Source of the DNA: Ruditapes philippinarum
Taxonomy: Eukaryota
Length of the DNA: 64,000 bases
NCBI RefSeq assembly: GCF_026571515.1
Contig: NW_026866687.1
Coordinates: 248,001 to 312,000 of the forward strand
Direction of reading: 5' to 3'
Shown: one piece after another, positions 49,659 to 64,000 of the stretch
Numbering within the stretch: position 1 is the first letter of the stretch
How the letters are laid out: each line of letters begins with the position of its first letter
The notes under the pieces: generated by a model
The model's database searches: none
What the model was told of the DNA's origin: nothing
Seen by the model: the letters and a program-made list of their open reading frames with translations, nothing else
Made by a program: the position numbers and the translations under genes

Positions 49659-52006
49659 TGCTAATTACAGATGAGATTTCAAAAGAAAATCAGGCAACAT
49701 TTCCTTAGGGTGATTATACCTTATTGAAGCTGGAATACTGGAACCAACTAGAAATAGATCAAATAGAAGGAACTAAATGTTCCACCAACATGCACAAAAA
49801 CAACTATGTCGTGCTAAACGATCTCCAAGACAACCATCTTTGCGGCTTTAAGGCGCATTAATTATGTTTTGATAAAATATTCCAGCAGGAGTTTCGAGAA
49901 TATTCACAACAATTCAAAATTTCTAAAATTCTCTTAATATTTAACAATAAGTTTTTTTTTACGGAAATACTCAGGGGCAATAATGCTATCTGATTCTCTG
50001 GCACACTGAAGAAAACATGACAAGTGTGTTGAAGCTTGATTTTTCAACACATTTTAATTATATCAATAATCAATGGACATAGACTAATGTAAAAGACAAT
50101 TACCCTCAAACAGGGTCTTTCAAATAGAAATTTGATATGCCCTGCCTCAAATTAAAAAAGGACTATCCAACCGAAATACAAACATTGGCGATGCACGAAC
50201 TACTTGTATGTGCAGTGCCCAGGTGTTCACCTATAAATCTGCAGTTGCAAGACCATGCTCATCAATGAGGTAATATAAGAGATAAAACTGTCGTAAAAAG
50301 GCTGTTATGAACTTATGAGAACAGCAGGTCTAGTATTGTATGGAAAATGCACTCTGTATGCATAAATTATACTCTTTCTTTCTTTCCAGATCAGTTGCAA
50401 CTACGTAATGCTGGAAACTGTTAGTCATTACGCCTTAAAATGTACTTTTAAAACACACCTTGCGGCATGTCTCATTAAAATGTACTTTGAAAAGGCATGT
50501 CTAACAGGATCGGAAGTAACATTGGTTTCCTGCATATCATACATGTACTTTATAAATTAATGTCAAGAGCAGATAATCCAGAAGAGATGGGATGAGAGTG
50601 ATGTTTACACACGTTGTTGATTTGATTGGTTTTAATTCTAGCGAAAATCAAAATAAACAAGATTGCCATGGACTTGTCTTGAATAATTTGATTCAGATTC
50701 ATTTGAAAATAAATAAATAAACTGTTTTATTAATTTTATTGTGATGTTTTTATACAATTGTGTTATATCAATTGATATGTTTTTAATAACATATTACAAC
50801 ATAATAAAATGACAAAGCACTGTCATCCAACTGTATAATGAGAATAATGACGCTTTTGAATTAAAACCTACTTTCTCACATCTTAAATGACTTAATGATA
50901 CATATTCACGAAAACGTCTTCTATTATTTCGTACAAAATAGTTTTGTAAAAAAAAGCATTATGCATCTGAACAAAACTCATAATCAAACTTTAAAAAATG
51001 TATTAATTTTCACAATCCTGATTTAGTTTTGAATTCTAAATGCAATACATGGCATGCATCACTTTTTTTTACTGGATTCAATTCCGTTTCTAAATCAGTT
51101 CTGCTTATTTCTGGTTATTGTGAAATATGCTATGGATAGTAAGTGATTTATATTAAATCATTAAAATTACACGCTAAAAATTAAGTACAAAAAAAGCGCA
51201 ATGCATTTTTACAAATCACAGAAATGCATAAATGTTCACATTCCAGATCCAATTTTGAATGCTTAAATGCAATACATGACCGAATTCTATTCCGTTTCTA
51301 ACACAGTGCTTGTTATTTCTGGTTATTTTTAACACGCAATAGGTAGTTTTTGTGGATAATACTTGTAAGTGATTTAGGCCAGATTATATCACTGAAAGTG
51401 CACTTTTGTTTCAAGAACAACCGAACGTATCATGTGACATACCAATATACTGTTCTATATATTGAAATAAGTGTTATACATTCAGTATATTGACATACTC
51501 GTATATATTGTTCATTAAGTCAAATCTATAAAGAAAGTCAGAAAATTGAGAAATCCATTTGGTAATCGATTAGATTATTACTAATAATTAGATTGTTGTT
51601 GTTGTAGATATCATGGTGTTGAAGATGAACAAAATATCATGCTCGTAATAAAATGCACATAACTAATAATCTGCCAGTTAAAATTATACCTCTCATTTAT
51701 TGCTGAAAGAAATATATATTATTTATAACAGTATCAACAGATAGAAAATTTTATTGATATTTTAAGAATATAACTTCTGTAATTTAATGATTCCTTTATT
51801 TTGCCAGGTTAAGTAGTATATTAATTTTACTGTCGCATATCAGTTCAGTAGATTTTAACATTGCAGGACTTTTATTGAAATATTTTCAATACACTGTTTC
51901 TTCAAGTTAATAAGAAACATAGACATGTCAGTATGAAATGGTATTCGTCTTCGATATCAAAATTGTTACACATTTGGTAGATCTTTCTGGTCACGTGTCT
52001 CATAGC

Positions 52007-52135
52007 NNNNNNNNNNNNNNNNNNNNNNNNNNNNNNNNNNNNNNNNNNNNNNNNNNNNNNNNNNNNNNNNNNNNNNNNNNNNNNNNNNNNNNNNNNNNNN
52101 NNNNNNNNNNNNNNNNNNNNNNNNNNNNNNNNNNN
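52007..52135. other. Assembly gap (N run)
   Basis: Run of n characters. Confidence 0.99.
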
Positions 52136-55065
52136 AGTTATTTTGTTAATTTTGGATGTGCAAGGGGGTATGTGGGGTCGGAGAGAGTTTGTTTGTTTGT
52201 TTTTTCTTTTTACTTTTTACTTTTCGTGCTTTTGTTTATTTAATTGGCTTTTGTTGTTGTTGTTATTAATGTTATTGTTGTTGTTGTTGTTGTTGTTTAT
52301 GTTCACGAACACGTGGAAACAGTTAAGAGTTTGTAAAAATCTGTAAGCACGCCTCTTAAAAGCATCTAGTCCATTTTTTATATACACTGCTTTATTTACT
52401 GTCTGTTATACATGTAGTCACTTAAATTATAGAGAAAAACACACTCCAGCGATAATTTCTCTCACAAAACGTAAAGCAAGTTTACAGAAGTAGGCCGTCT
52501 AGATTGAATTAAAAGATAAAGCGATCACGTGTTAAGATATCTTTTCTAGAATATCATGAATTCTCTCACTAAAAAACTCATTTTGTTTCATTGAGAGTTT
52601 TTTTAGATGATACATGTATGTACAGTGTATGTTCCTGTACTTTATGTTCTGTTCAAGTATCAAAAGTACATTTTTGTATACAAAATGCTTGTCTTATATT
52701 CTTGTTGTTACTTTGTCTAAAAAAAATTGCATTGTTGATGATAATTTGCAAATAAAGATACATATATATCGAACCAATTATAGGCATGTCTAAAGTATTG
52801 ATGGGCTCAATCTCGAAAGTCTAAATCTCAACCAAAAACAAACAAAAAAGGAATATTATTGACATTAATATTGATAGTTATATTCATTTAGCTAAAACTG
52901 AAACTGTTTTTCTAATTTTACTATTGTTACAGCATTTCGAAACATTTAAAAATATTTTCACATGGTCAATGAGAGAACAAGTTAAGGAAGAGTCAATTTA
53001 TTAAGCAATTGATAAATCGTTGCAGATTCAAATGATAAAGTCTAGACATGCATCCATAATAACAAATGTATGCATGAACAAACGAGATCAAAGCCGTGCA
53101 GACGAACAATCATGTATTCACAGGGCTTGTAGCAGACGTTACTTTGATCTTACCTGCTTCAATGAACCTTACAATTTAATTATCTGCTTTCATTCAACTA
53201 GATAGTGTACATGTAAATGTCTTTTCGTAAGTTACAGTGTACCGTACTTCAAAAAGCTAGTACTTATAAATACTTAAGCTTTACATCCATTTCAAGTACA
53301 TTTGAAATTAGAACATTTATTCATTTATTATCAAAATCTACTTTTTATAAAATAAGGAATACAAATGTACATGTACATGAATTCGAAATAAGAAATTATA
53401 AATAGAATAAAATATAAAAAAACGATACTATATGCAAATTGATATTTTGAGTTTACCTTTTACTAAGAATTTTTTATTGTCTTGTTAAATCAAACATCAG
53501 AAAACCCTTTGGTTTATAGAGACAAATTAATTATACATTCTTCTCGTACTGTTTGCGAGCAACAATTGATAAATAAAATACAATTGTGCTGCTCAAATTG
53601 TTTTAACTACATCAATTACAAAGCTACAGTAAATGAATGACTAATTTTCATGTTTAACAAATTAATAAATTAAAGACTAGTAAAATTAATGATACTCGTC
53701 ACTAACGTTCTTTTTATTGCAAAGTTTACAATTTATATGATATATAAGGACTCCATTCACAGGCTTAAGACTAATTATCTTAAAATCGATGATAAAGGAG
53801 CAAATCTATTTAAACTTATTGATGTCCAAAATGGAATTATTACAGATGGTCTAGTTCTGTAATATATTTTTCTGTTGAGAGAAGGCGGTGGCTTATCACT
53901 AGGTGACCTAATTTTACAGTCTCTTACACCGCTTATCTAAAATGTTTCTGTAAAACATAACTATGTGAAAGTATCGCATTTCACGGGGAACGCTAAGGGT
54001 TAAAAAGTTAAAAATAAACATTTTAACAAGATATTGTCAAAATAGCACTTGTTTTGAGATATCAATTGTTTCGAAGATATTTTACTGTTCTTTTTATTCA
54101 AATTTAAACAGATTGTACCATTATATCAGTAAAAATCCGGAAGATGTATTGTTAATTAATTTTTTTACATTTTTTTTCTTTAAAATTTTCTTTATGTATT
54201 TAAACTTTTCCGTATTTTAAAAAAATGGAATAATCAGTATGAAAGGTTTATCTGCACTTGCTGATACACTATGAACTATTTTCTTCCGCATTTTTTTATT
54301 AAAAATAAATTCGACGTTCAATAATTATATCACTAACATGAACAAATAGTACCTGTTTATCCGTTTATATATGCTTGCTTATTTTATTTTACTTTTTTAT
54401 TCATTTATTTTTTTTTAATTTTTATTATTATTATTTTTTTTCATAAAAAAGTTACATAAAATATATTTGTAATTAATCGATTATAACCTTTTACCCGTCT
54501 TTAAAAAAGTTGCCTTAAGTTTACTTCAAAAACATGTTTTAAAAAGATACATGTATAAATCATTACAAATCCTTAACATAATGGAATGCCCACTTTATTA
54601 TATACATAATCATGTAGTCATGGTTCCACGTGAACACATTAATGCATTTACACACCGCTTTCTCTGCCGCTTGGTTTTTTGAATAAATGCTGACTCGTAA
54701 AGAATCTAAAATTTAACGCCGCAATATCCCAAAAAGCCTCTTGGAGCCCCATAAAACAGAAGTACAAAAACCACATGCTACGTCATGTAAAATTAAGTTA
54801 TCTCAGGGAACTTTTCTGCTGGCCGCCATTTTCCGTTGGTTGCAGTTAGTTCTCTGATCACGAGAGAAATAAGGCAACCAGGGACGACAACTGACCCCTT
54901 TCGTGAGGAAGGGACATTGTGCGGACAACGGACAATGCAGTGGTAAAGTAAGAGGGCATTTCTGGAGTAATTGCGTGACGGATTTCTGGACTTTTGTGCG
55001 TAAAGACGGCGGATTGCGGCGGCCCTTAATTGAAAGAGGGTCTGCCACGTAGTCAAAGAGAAAAA

Positions 55066-58000
55066 ATGGATTTACGGACTAGAATCATGGCTCTTGTGTT
55101 ATTTTATTTATTTGTTTTATTTTGTCCTTCTCAGGCTGCAAATTCCATGCTTCCGGAGGGTAAGTTGAAAAATAAAATATATAATCAGTTAAAAAAGAAC
55201 ATTGTTTAGTTATAAAATGACACATGAACGTCGCGTTATTTTGAGTTTGATTGTTTCATTGATTCATCTATTCTTAAACTTTCTGTACTATGATTAAGCA
55301 CTTAGTTGTGCGAAAATTGGTTTTACTTGTTACATTATTATTACCAATTTTGACGCACTTTTTAACACAAAAGCTGTTGGAAACCTATTGCTTTTAACAT
55401 ATTTGTTTAATTTACACGCAGATCAGTGCTTGATATTAATAAAAATGTGTTTTTTAATACTGCACATATACATTTATGATTTGATCAAGACCCTAATAGA
55501 GGCATTAGAAGATCGAGTTCGTTTTAAAAGTAGATTGGTCTACAATTGGCATATTTTCAATAAGTATTTCAAATATTTACCAAAACAATGGAAATGTATC
55601 ATTTGGATATTGTTATAAAGTATGTTTTCAGAAATAAAAGTTAATCTAGTTCTTAGTGTTTAGTATGTACATTTATATGCTGAATGACAATATTTTTTTA
55701 AGAACAATTTATTATCTGCTATGTATAGATTCCAATATCGGGTCATGTATCTACCACTTACCAACAATACCTATTATATGTAATTCTTTCGGGATTTGCT
55801 GTCATATGTGATACTAGTCCAACTAATTGTACTGCGCGACGAGATATTGTGCTGTTTTGTGTCTGGGTCTAAAAAGCAAGATTCTGACCCAGAACGAAAA
55901 TATCTCAGAATCTGGCTTTGGCACGTCAATATATTTTGACTAATATACTATATACTGTGATACTAGATAATACCAACATAAATAGTTATGATATAACTGA
56001 CCTTCCATGATGGACCAATTTATTTTAAACTATAGTATCGACAACTCTGATATTAAAAGCCACAAGTTTGCAACATTTGATACGAGTTCACATCAGTATA
56101 TGTACATGTAAACTTTTGATTAAAATTGTTTAGGAACGAAATTTGCTTTTATAATAAAAATGTTGTGGTCTGCACTTAATACTTAAGTTATTACTTTGAT
56201 GTGAGGGCGTATCTATATATAAAAAACTTTAGATTGAAATTGAATAGGAAGGATATTTGCCTTGATAATAAAAAATGATAAATATATATACTTCTCGTTA
56301 ATATATTCAAAAATAAATAGTCTGAACCATAAAGTTTGGAAATCTTCGAGGGAATACACTAATGTTTTACACTATATTGCTTTGAATTCCAGGTAAAAGT
56401 AAACTAATAAAACAATATATCACGGAGAAAACGTTCATTTGTTTTAGTAATATTTCCATAGCAGCAATGGCTATATTTTTACGAAATTCATGTACCATTT
56501 GATATACGTCTGGACTAATAAAATGTGTGATTCGCTTTTTCTTCAAAATGATAATTTTTATAGTACGAAATGACCCATAGTATGCGAAGCGTTTTAAATT
56601 AGTCTAAAACTGTATACCAAACCGACTGGTATATTTCTAATTATCGTCTGCATATCTTTCTGGTTTAAGTGTTGCAGTTGATCCGTGAAAGAATTTTAAT
56701 TTTTATGTTTTAGCTTTCGGACCTCAGTTCGTATTAGTTCGTATGTATATGTTAACGATTACAATGTTATCGCAAACATGAAATAGGATTATTTCTTATA
56801 AGAACCATTAAAGTAATCTAAAACAGATTGCTGAGTATGTCCAGGCCTCTGGTTCACAAAGAAAAGATCAGAATCTTAACTAAATAATCCTGATTTTATT
56901 TTATGATACAAACATATCTCACACGCTATACAAAAATGGTTGATATGCAAAAAACAACATATTTTCAGAAAAAAAAATAAGTGAACAACGAAACCAAATA
57001 CAAGAAAACTGAATAAAAAATAACATCAATTTTTAGGATCAAGATCAATATTTGAATCTACTGTTAAACGTATTGATCTTTCAAAGTAATAAACGTTTTT
57101 AGTAAATTATAATACTTTTCCAACAATAAACAAAGGGGAACTTTTAAGTTGAATTTTTATCCTGATTTTGATTCTGATACATAAAGTCTTAGTGAACACG
57201 GGACCAGGTGTAAGTGATGATACCAAACAGCCCACTGATATGCTTGTTTACATTATCACATTCAAAATAAGATTTGTTTTACACTTTAAAAGTCAGAGTG
57301 CAACAAAGGCTTTCAATGTAGAATTGCTGATTCGTCAGTTTCTTTGAAAATGAAAAGCTGATAAAAATCTCCTGAAAAATAAAATGCACGTAGAGCTATG
57401 TTTAACGACCGTATACAAAACGCAATATGTGCATGTTGGTGAATATAGAAAGGATCGCAACTGCATAATGTTTTAGACCGCAGAAGCTATTGCATATGTT
57501 TAAAATTAATTTTATGACAGTATTAACCATTCTGTTTTCTTTTTCTCGTTCGCGGCTCAAAGAAGTCGACTTATTTTAATGAGAAACATGTGTTGAATTT
57601 CTCCTGTATTTATTTCTTAGTTTGCAAATTAAGCACTTCACAATTGAAATAACGATGTTCATCAAATCGTTTAATCTTTTTGAGCGATATAAGCCATTAT
57701 GCGTATCAACTCGAACATTTGCAAGTTCTGGCTACGTTTGGTTTAATCAAATACTTTTCTCTAACGGCAATGGGTTCGAGTTAGATTTCTCACACTTTGA
57801 TCGAGTAAGATGTCAAAGACTCGCGTTTAGTAGTTTAATTTCAACTGAAATTTGATTTTCAAAGCAACATATTTCCTTAATTATTGATAACTTACCTAAA
57901 CACAAGTATCCTTTCAATATAACTGCCCAATTTTACTATTTGCTATAGGTACAAATGAGCCGCATCATGATAAAACCAACATAATGGGTTTGCGACCAGC

Positions 58001-61000
58001 ATGGATCCAGACGAGCCTGTGCATCCGCGCAGTCTGATCAGGATCCATGCTGTTCGCTTACAAACCCTTTAACAAGTAGAGAAACTGATAGCGAACAGCA
58101 TGGATCCTGATCAGACTGCACGGACGCGCAGGCTGGTCTGGATCCATGCTGGTCGCAAACCCATTATGTTGGTTTTGTCATGTACAAATGTATTCATAAT
58201 ACGCATCATGATGAAAAGCCATAGCCACCAGACTGAGTTTAGAGCCAGGCCAACTTGCACATCCGTTTATTTTTCTGATAAGGCTCCTTTTTATTCGTTA
58301 CTCAATTTTTTTTTGTATTTTGAAATTGAATTCCCTTTAACTTGGAATGGACTGTTCCAAATTCAAAGCAGGGCAAATACATTACACAAAATCAGCAGGT
58401 TAAGGGTTACATATAAATGATATTCCGCGAATTAGCAAGGTTAAAACACTTACACATAATACTTAAACAAGTTCAATGACCTTTCACCTGCATATCATAT
58501 CATCTAAATTCCAGTTGTTTTAGGAGAAAATGGGTCATTGACCTAAAACTCGCCATTCCGTTAATAAGTAATTTATACAGGTACCAGTCAAACACAGGAG
58601 AACACTATTAAACAAAAGAACATATGTTGATCCGTTATATATGTTTTAATAGTTTACTTTTTTTCAAAGCAACATAGTGTAAATCTTTAGTGGAGTCCCT
58701 CAAAGTTCTCCAAATTTTATGGTTTAGATTAACTTAATTTACAGTAGGGAGGAGAACACTGTTAGCTACCCTGTAAATTGATGCAAAGTACATGTATAAA
58801 AATTAGTCGACATTAAAGTGTACAAATTTTGAAGCAAAAAGCAGTGAAATACAAATAATAACAGCGATAAAAGATGACAAAATTTGAGTATAAGATCTAT
58901 TTCACCATTAAGCCAAAAATGCTCTTTTCTTTTTTTTTTATAATAAAGCCTTTTTCTTTTGGTGTCCTGAAATAGTTTCTAAAACGAGGAACATTTGTCC
59001 TTAGCTGAGCCATATATTTGCCTATATTTTTGGCATTTATTACTGTTACAGTGATTTAGTATTTTGTCAAAATACCACTTTGCTACCCTTGTCACAAATA
59101 TTTCACATTCAGTGCTACATCCTTCCGGAGATAAGCATATCACATGTTCTGAACCCATTGTTACATCATTATACAACACATGTTTGCATTTGTATAGAAA
59201 AACAATACGTCTGAAGCATGAATTCTGAATACCTAAGATGTTATGCAGATAACGTAAGTGGCATCGAACAATTTGTCTAAAAGAATTCGATTCCTTAGCC
59301 GTTTCATAGACTTTTTCCTGCTTACTAGGAAATCAGCTAACTAGCTGGCGATAATTTAGTCCTTATTAAGGTTGCGTTCATTCAAATTTTGTTAGGACAG
59401 CTTATTTTCAACACTTTCTTTCGGCGTCGTTTTCTTCGTTTTGTTCTTGTCTGGTTGCGAGCGTGGCGTGATGTCACCAGTGCAAAGACGAAAAAACGAC
59501 AATGAAACTGATATCGCGCGACGCGTTGTCGTAACAACACTGATTAAAAGTATGATCAAATCAATCACAAAAGTTAAAAGCACCTTATAATGCCCCGTAT
59601 TGCCTAGGTGGTCTCCATCGGCTGATAAAAGTATAACTTTTCACAATCACAGTCATTCTTATGAGCGATTACATTTTGTATATGACATATTAGCCATTGC
59701 ACGAAGTCGTAGCTTTGCATGCAAGTGGGCAGCGAGAAACGACAAAAGTCATCATGTGTACCATCTTCTTATGCACATTTACCCTTTAATTCTACAGGTT
59801 CCATTGATTTTATGAACGAATGGTTCCGGTATGCTGATGCCGAGACACAACCAGTATTCACCGAGGGTATGTGCCCAGCTAGACCGAGCACAGGGCCCGA
59901 TGGTGCTTTTGCTGTCCATGCGTCATGGGACTATGATATGGCGTCACTAGTCGGAGGTTTGTAACATATTTTCGCGATTTATGGGAAATGTATATAACTT
60001 TCAAAGATTTGTTGTTGATGTGTACTAAAGTATAAGTTTATACCAATATATTTTTAGTTCGATTGTGTTGGAAGCTATAAGCTTATTGAAACACTCTCGA
60101 ATCCGTTCCTGGAGCCATCCACTACTAAGCAACGAGTTTGAAGTTTCTTGCTCACGGAAACAACGGCTTGCCCCTGACGGGTTTGAAATCACGCGGTCAG
60201 CAATCCTTAGATTACTAGTCCGGCCTTAACCACTCAGCCACGCCGCCATACTGCCTGAGTATTAAAGTTTAGATAATAATTCCTTTAGCAATTCATTTCA
60301 ATATAAATACATAATCTATATTTGCAAGTTGCCATCTATAATAAAACAGCTATTCAAACAAGCGTTAAATGAGCTATGATTGTACACGTGTACTTGTATA
60401 TACGTAACCATGACGCTTTTATTTTAGAAAATTTGACAAATAACGTTTTAATTCCATACAAATAATAGTATTTGATTATGTTACTATGGCAATTTGAAAC
60501 ATGTTGATTTGCAATAAAAGATCATTTACAGAATGATATATTGTCAACATGCTTGATATAGTCATCAAACGGTGGAGAAACGGTAGAGCGGGTGACTCAA
60601 CAGGAAGGAATTGCATGTATATGATTTCACTTTGTATGAAATAACAAAAAGTTATATTGAATCTTATTTTTTTAATTGAATAAGTATAATCGTTATGATA
60701 TTTTACAGAGCGGTTCTCTAGTGACAACTTCTCCGTGCTCGTCACGTTTAGAAGCTCCGCAGCTACGGACCAAAGCATAGAATTGTTCAGGTTTGCCGGG
60801 CAATACGGACAAACTGATCTGGCGTTCCGGTTCGGAAAAGAGGAATCGTATGTAATATATACCGGACTCGTAGAGGACCAGGATAAAATTCCTGAAGAGA
60901 CCGTTTGGACTATCCCTATTTCCATAAAATCGAACGAGTAAGATCTTTGTATTTTTCATGTGAAGATTTGGACACCATGTTAGATTCAAGCCCCGCTTAT

Positions 61001-63679
61001 CTCGAATTAAGGACATGTCTATCATTGAATTTTGAACTGTTGAATGCAAGTTATTGAAATACAGAACAATGAGTACTTAAAAGCGATGTCGAATTTGCTT
61101 AGCTATTTTGTTAACTGGTGACATCCGTGCAATTTTTATACCGTTCTTAGCTATTTTGTAACAAGAATTTCTCTTCAAACTTTCCACTACTTTGTTCGTG
61201 TTTTTATACAGAATTTCCAAATAACCAAGTATACACTTTCTTTTGCGAATGAGTATATAAATGTTGTTTATTTGAGAGGTTTGATTTCCGATGCATGAAC
61301 CATTCTTTTTATTAGTATTATCGGGTTTTACGTTTAGGTCAATAGGCGACTTTCCAGCTGAACTGGTGGAGGAAGAAATCAGGTGCCACTCTGTGCGTCA
61401 GATCAGGCACAAACGGGCACCTGAGTAGAACCACCGACGTCCCTTAATTGTATTAATAACTATGATTATCTTACGAAGGTATTATCGTTCGATATTTCAG
61501 GTGGAACCGTGTGGCCTTCAGTATAGTGGCGGGAACAATCACGGCATTTCACAATGGTGCTATTGTCGCCAACAGATCCGAAGCTGCTTACGTTAGCAAA
61601 GACGGAGAATTTTCTGTGTCAGGTGGATACGAGCAATTCAAGGTAAAATGACGTAAAATGACATAGCTGATACCTTGATATCCTGAATAAATATTCCGAA
61701 CCAAATAATAACACACCACTTCATTGTCTATTCATTTAAACCATGAAAATAAATTGTCATTTATTATTTTGAGCTATTTTTGCTCCTATTGCCATTTTGT
61801 ATTCTACATTTTATTTCCTAAAAATTAAGTTATTGGTCAATAAATCATTCTACAGAAAGGAAAACACCAATGACTACCGGTTTCTTGAATGTTCCTTTGC
61901 TGAATGAAAATTAACGTTTTTCTGCCAATTAATAAATCGTACACTCATACGAATTCCGCTTATTTTTCCACTTTCTGTGAATATGGTCATAAGACATCAT
62001 TCTTTATATTACACGGAAAAGGACGATTTTTTTCGGATTTTCAAGAGTTTAAGATGTAGTTAAGTCTAGCAAAGTTTTTAACCATCTGTTACAGGGTGTA
62101 ATCCAAGACTTGCTGTACGTGCCCCTTGATTATGCTGCGTATGAACAAGGTTACAAGTACTGTCCAACGTGTGATTATGAGTTCCCAGAACCAGACCCGC
62201 ACGGGTTTGCCTTCAGGAGTGCGGGAGGGGGCAGTGGGAACTTTTCATACGGATCTGCTCATGAAGGAGGGAAAATGGAAGCTGGATTTGCTATTGGAAT
62301 GGACAAGAAGGAAACTATTTATGTGAGTGTTTGCGTTGCGGGGAAAATAATATCGAATTATTTACCTCAAATATCAAAATCTTGAATAGAAATAAAGAGA
62401 ATACGTACAAAAAGCCATTTAAGTCAATAATAACTTTGTCTATTTTGAACAACAGTGTAACTGCAAACCTCACAAAAGTAAGATGAAATGCTTATAAAAA
62501 TATTTTCAATTTTTGACAATGATCAATTAAATAAAGACAATTTTTTTATCTGCAATAAAGCTATTGTGTTATCAAATAGATGTATCCAGCTGTGCACGGC
62601 AAGCAAGAAAGGTTAAACAAGAGTACAACTTCTGCGGAGGAAAACCATTTGGGAGACAATCATTTGGGTTGTTGCTAAGAGATGTTGCTTGAAAGAGTTA
62701 AAAAATATTTTGAAAGCATACTTTTGGGTGAATTCATTTGAAAATTGGTAAAGAAAGAATTGCTGTACAATGGGACGCTGTGTAAATCTTGCAATGTATA
62801 TATGTGTTAGAATCAAATCATTCTGTAAGTCAGTCTAGGCCAGGCATTGAATCATTAGCTGCTTTCATTCTATTCCATATTAAAATTCATGCTATTTACA
62901 GCGGACGGTTTCAAACTTTAACAGAAATTGTAAATAGCAAAAAAGGTAGCGGTGTATTTGTCAGAAAAATCATGTTTTAATTTTCATATATTTAACAGGC
63001 TGTTGACAAGTATGGAACACAGATGGGCTCATCAATGGCACTTGGTGTACCATACGTAAGTTTCCACAAGTCTTTGGCAGATAAAACATTGACACATAAT
63101 TTGAAATGTAAACCTAGCTTTATAACTGTTTGCTCAGTTGTTTTTACAACATATACTGTATTATAGTTTAGGTGAAAAGTTTTACCATTGTTTTTTGGTA
63201 TACAATACATATTGACTATTGAGTTTTTACAAAAGTTTATATTTAAACCTATATATCTAAGATCGATAGTAATTGCGACTTTTCTTCAAGCATTTTTACA
63301 ATTCTATAAATCCCAAATCGTTTTTCATAAAGTCACATGTCAATAAAAAACGGATTTGTAATATTATTTATTTAGCAATATGATATAATAGTATTTATGG
63401 TATGATATATGATATTATACGTGTCTCAATATACATAATTTATATGATTCCATATGACGATTGAGGCGTAGGCCTAAATGAATATGATTTGTTACGTAAG
63501 AATTCTAACTGTAGTCGTTCAATATATTTGTAGGGCTGAAATTGTGTTTTTCATTTTGATATCAGTTTGTATATTTACAACATAGTTTTTAATAAAGAAA
63601 CATTTATCGCTTATAGGGACCACCGGGGCCACCAGGTCAACGCGGTCAAATGGGACCTCCAGGGCCAAAGGGTGATATT
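55066..63679 (+). CDS. 5' part of a collagen alpha chain with signal peptide, TSPN/laminin-G domain, linker and Gly-X-Y repeats (resembles clade B fibrillar collagens V/XI); continues past window
   Basis: In-phase GT-AG exons: 55066-55159 (signal peptide MDLRTRIMALVLFYLFVLFCPSQA), 59798-59956, 60709-60937 (FSVLVTFR), 61501-61642 (WNRVAFSIVAGTITAFHNG), 62095-62322 (GVIQDL..AAYEQGYKYCPTCD), 62999-63055, 63617-63679 (63-nt phase-0 exon GPPGPPGQRGQMGPPGPKGDI). Confidence 0.85.
56843..57207. mobile_element. Probable PIF/Harbinger-like MITE
   Basis: Imperfect TIRs GGCCTCTGGTTCACAAAGA..TCTTAGTGAACACGGGACC, with CAG at both ends. Confidence 0.4.
57956..58182. mobile_element. Palindromic MITE in collagen intron 1
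   Basis: About 95-bp arms, CATGATAAAACCAACATAATGGGTTTGCGACCAGCATGGATCCAGAC.. and its reverse complement, around a ~30-nt spacer. Confidence 0.8.
60085..60247 (-). mobile_element. tRNA-derived SINE fragment
   Basis: Minus strand: GGCGTGGCTGAGTGGTTAAGG (A box), then TTCAAACCC (degenerate B box), then TGAGCAAGAAACTT..CCAGGAACGGATTCGAG. A similar remnant lies near 26980-27110. Confidence 0.6.
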
Positions 63680-64000
63680 GTATGATAATTTCATTATTTA
63701 TAACATATTATGTATTTCACAACTAGAAATTTAACACGATTTTTTATATTAAAATATCCATGTTTTTATAAAGAAAAAATAAGCATGCTACATTTTATAT
63801 GTAACCGTCAAACTTTGGTAATAAAAACCATTGAATTATGAAGCTTGGAGTTCAGAGAGTGCCTAAGGAAAAAGGGAATTTGCAAACATATACATTTATA
63901 GTAACAGTGGCGGCTCGGCCCAAATATATGTTAACCAGCTGGGCTGGAATATATTTTTGTCAGTGGCTGTAGTGTACTTCCTTATCAAAACATTAATTGC

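Noticed and set aside
49660-50400. Coding-like, purine-rich stretch, possibly a retroelement relic
   Set aside because: No open frame or motif I could identify with confidence.
51938-52243. ORF spanning the N run
   Set aside because: Artefact of translating through the assembly gap.
54793-55056. Minus-strand ORFs in a GC-richer patch
   Set aside because: No recognisable motifs; better explained as the collagen promoter/5'UTR on the + strand.

Overview
This is AT-rich, intron-containing eukaryotic DNA, not prokaryotic. The repeat landscape (satellite-carrying Helentron-type HINEs, tRNA-SINEs, palindromic MITEs) suggests a mollusc, probably a bivalve (inference). Five protein-coding genes were reconstructed by hand. 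(1) The 3' part of a giant FN3-like repeat protein (+, 15 exons, >=2,634 aa in window, one apparent 1-nt frameshift). (2) A 2-exon GNAT acetyltransferase of the arylalkylamine N-acetyltransferase type (+). (3) PP6 catalytic subunit PPP6C (-, 10 exons). (4) An intronless DUF229 protein (+). (5) The 5' part of a TSPN/LamG-domain collagen (+). The most notable signal is a minor-spliceosome (U12, AT-AC type) intron in PPP6C, next to an exon that looks corrupted by assembly errors. Mobile DNA includes nested HINEs, a decayed L2/CR1-group LINE inside a DNA element, SINEs and several MITEs. There is one N gap. I did not find a clearly novel multi-gene system.
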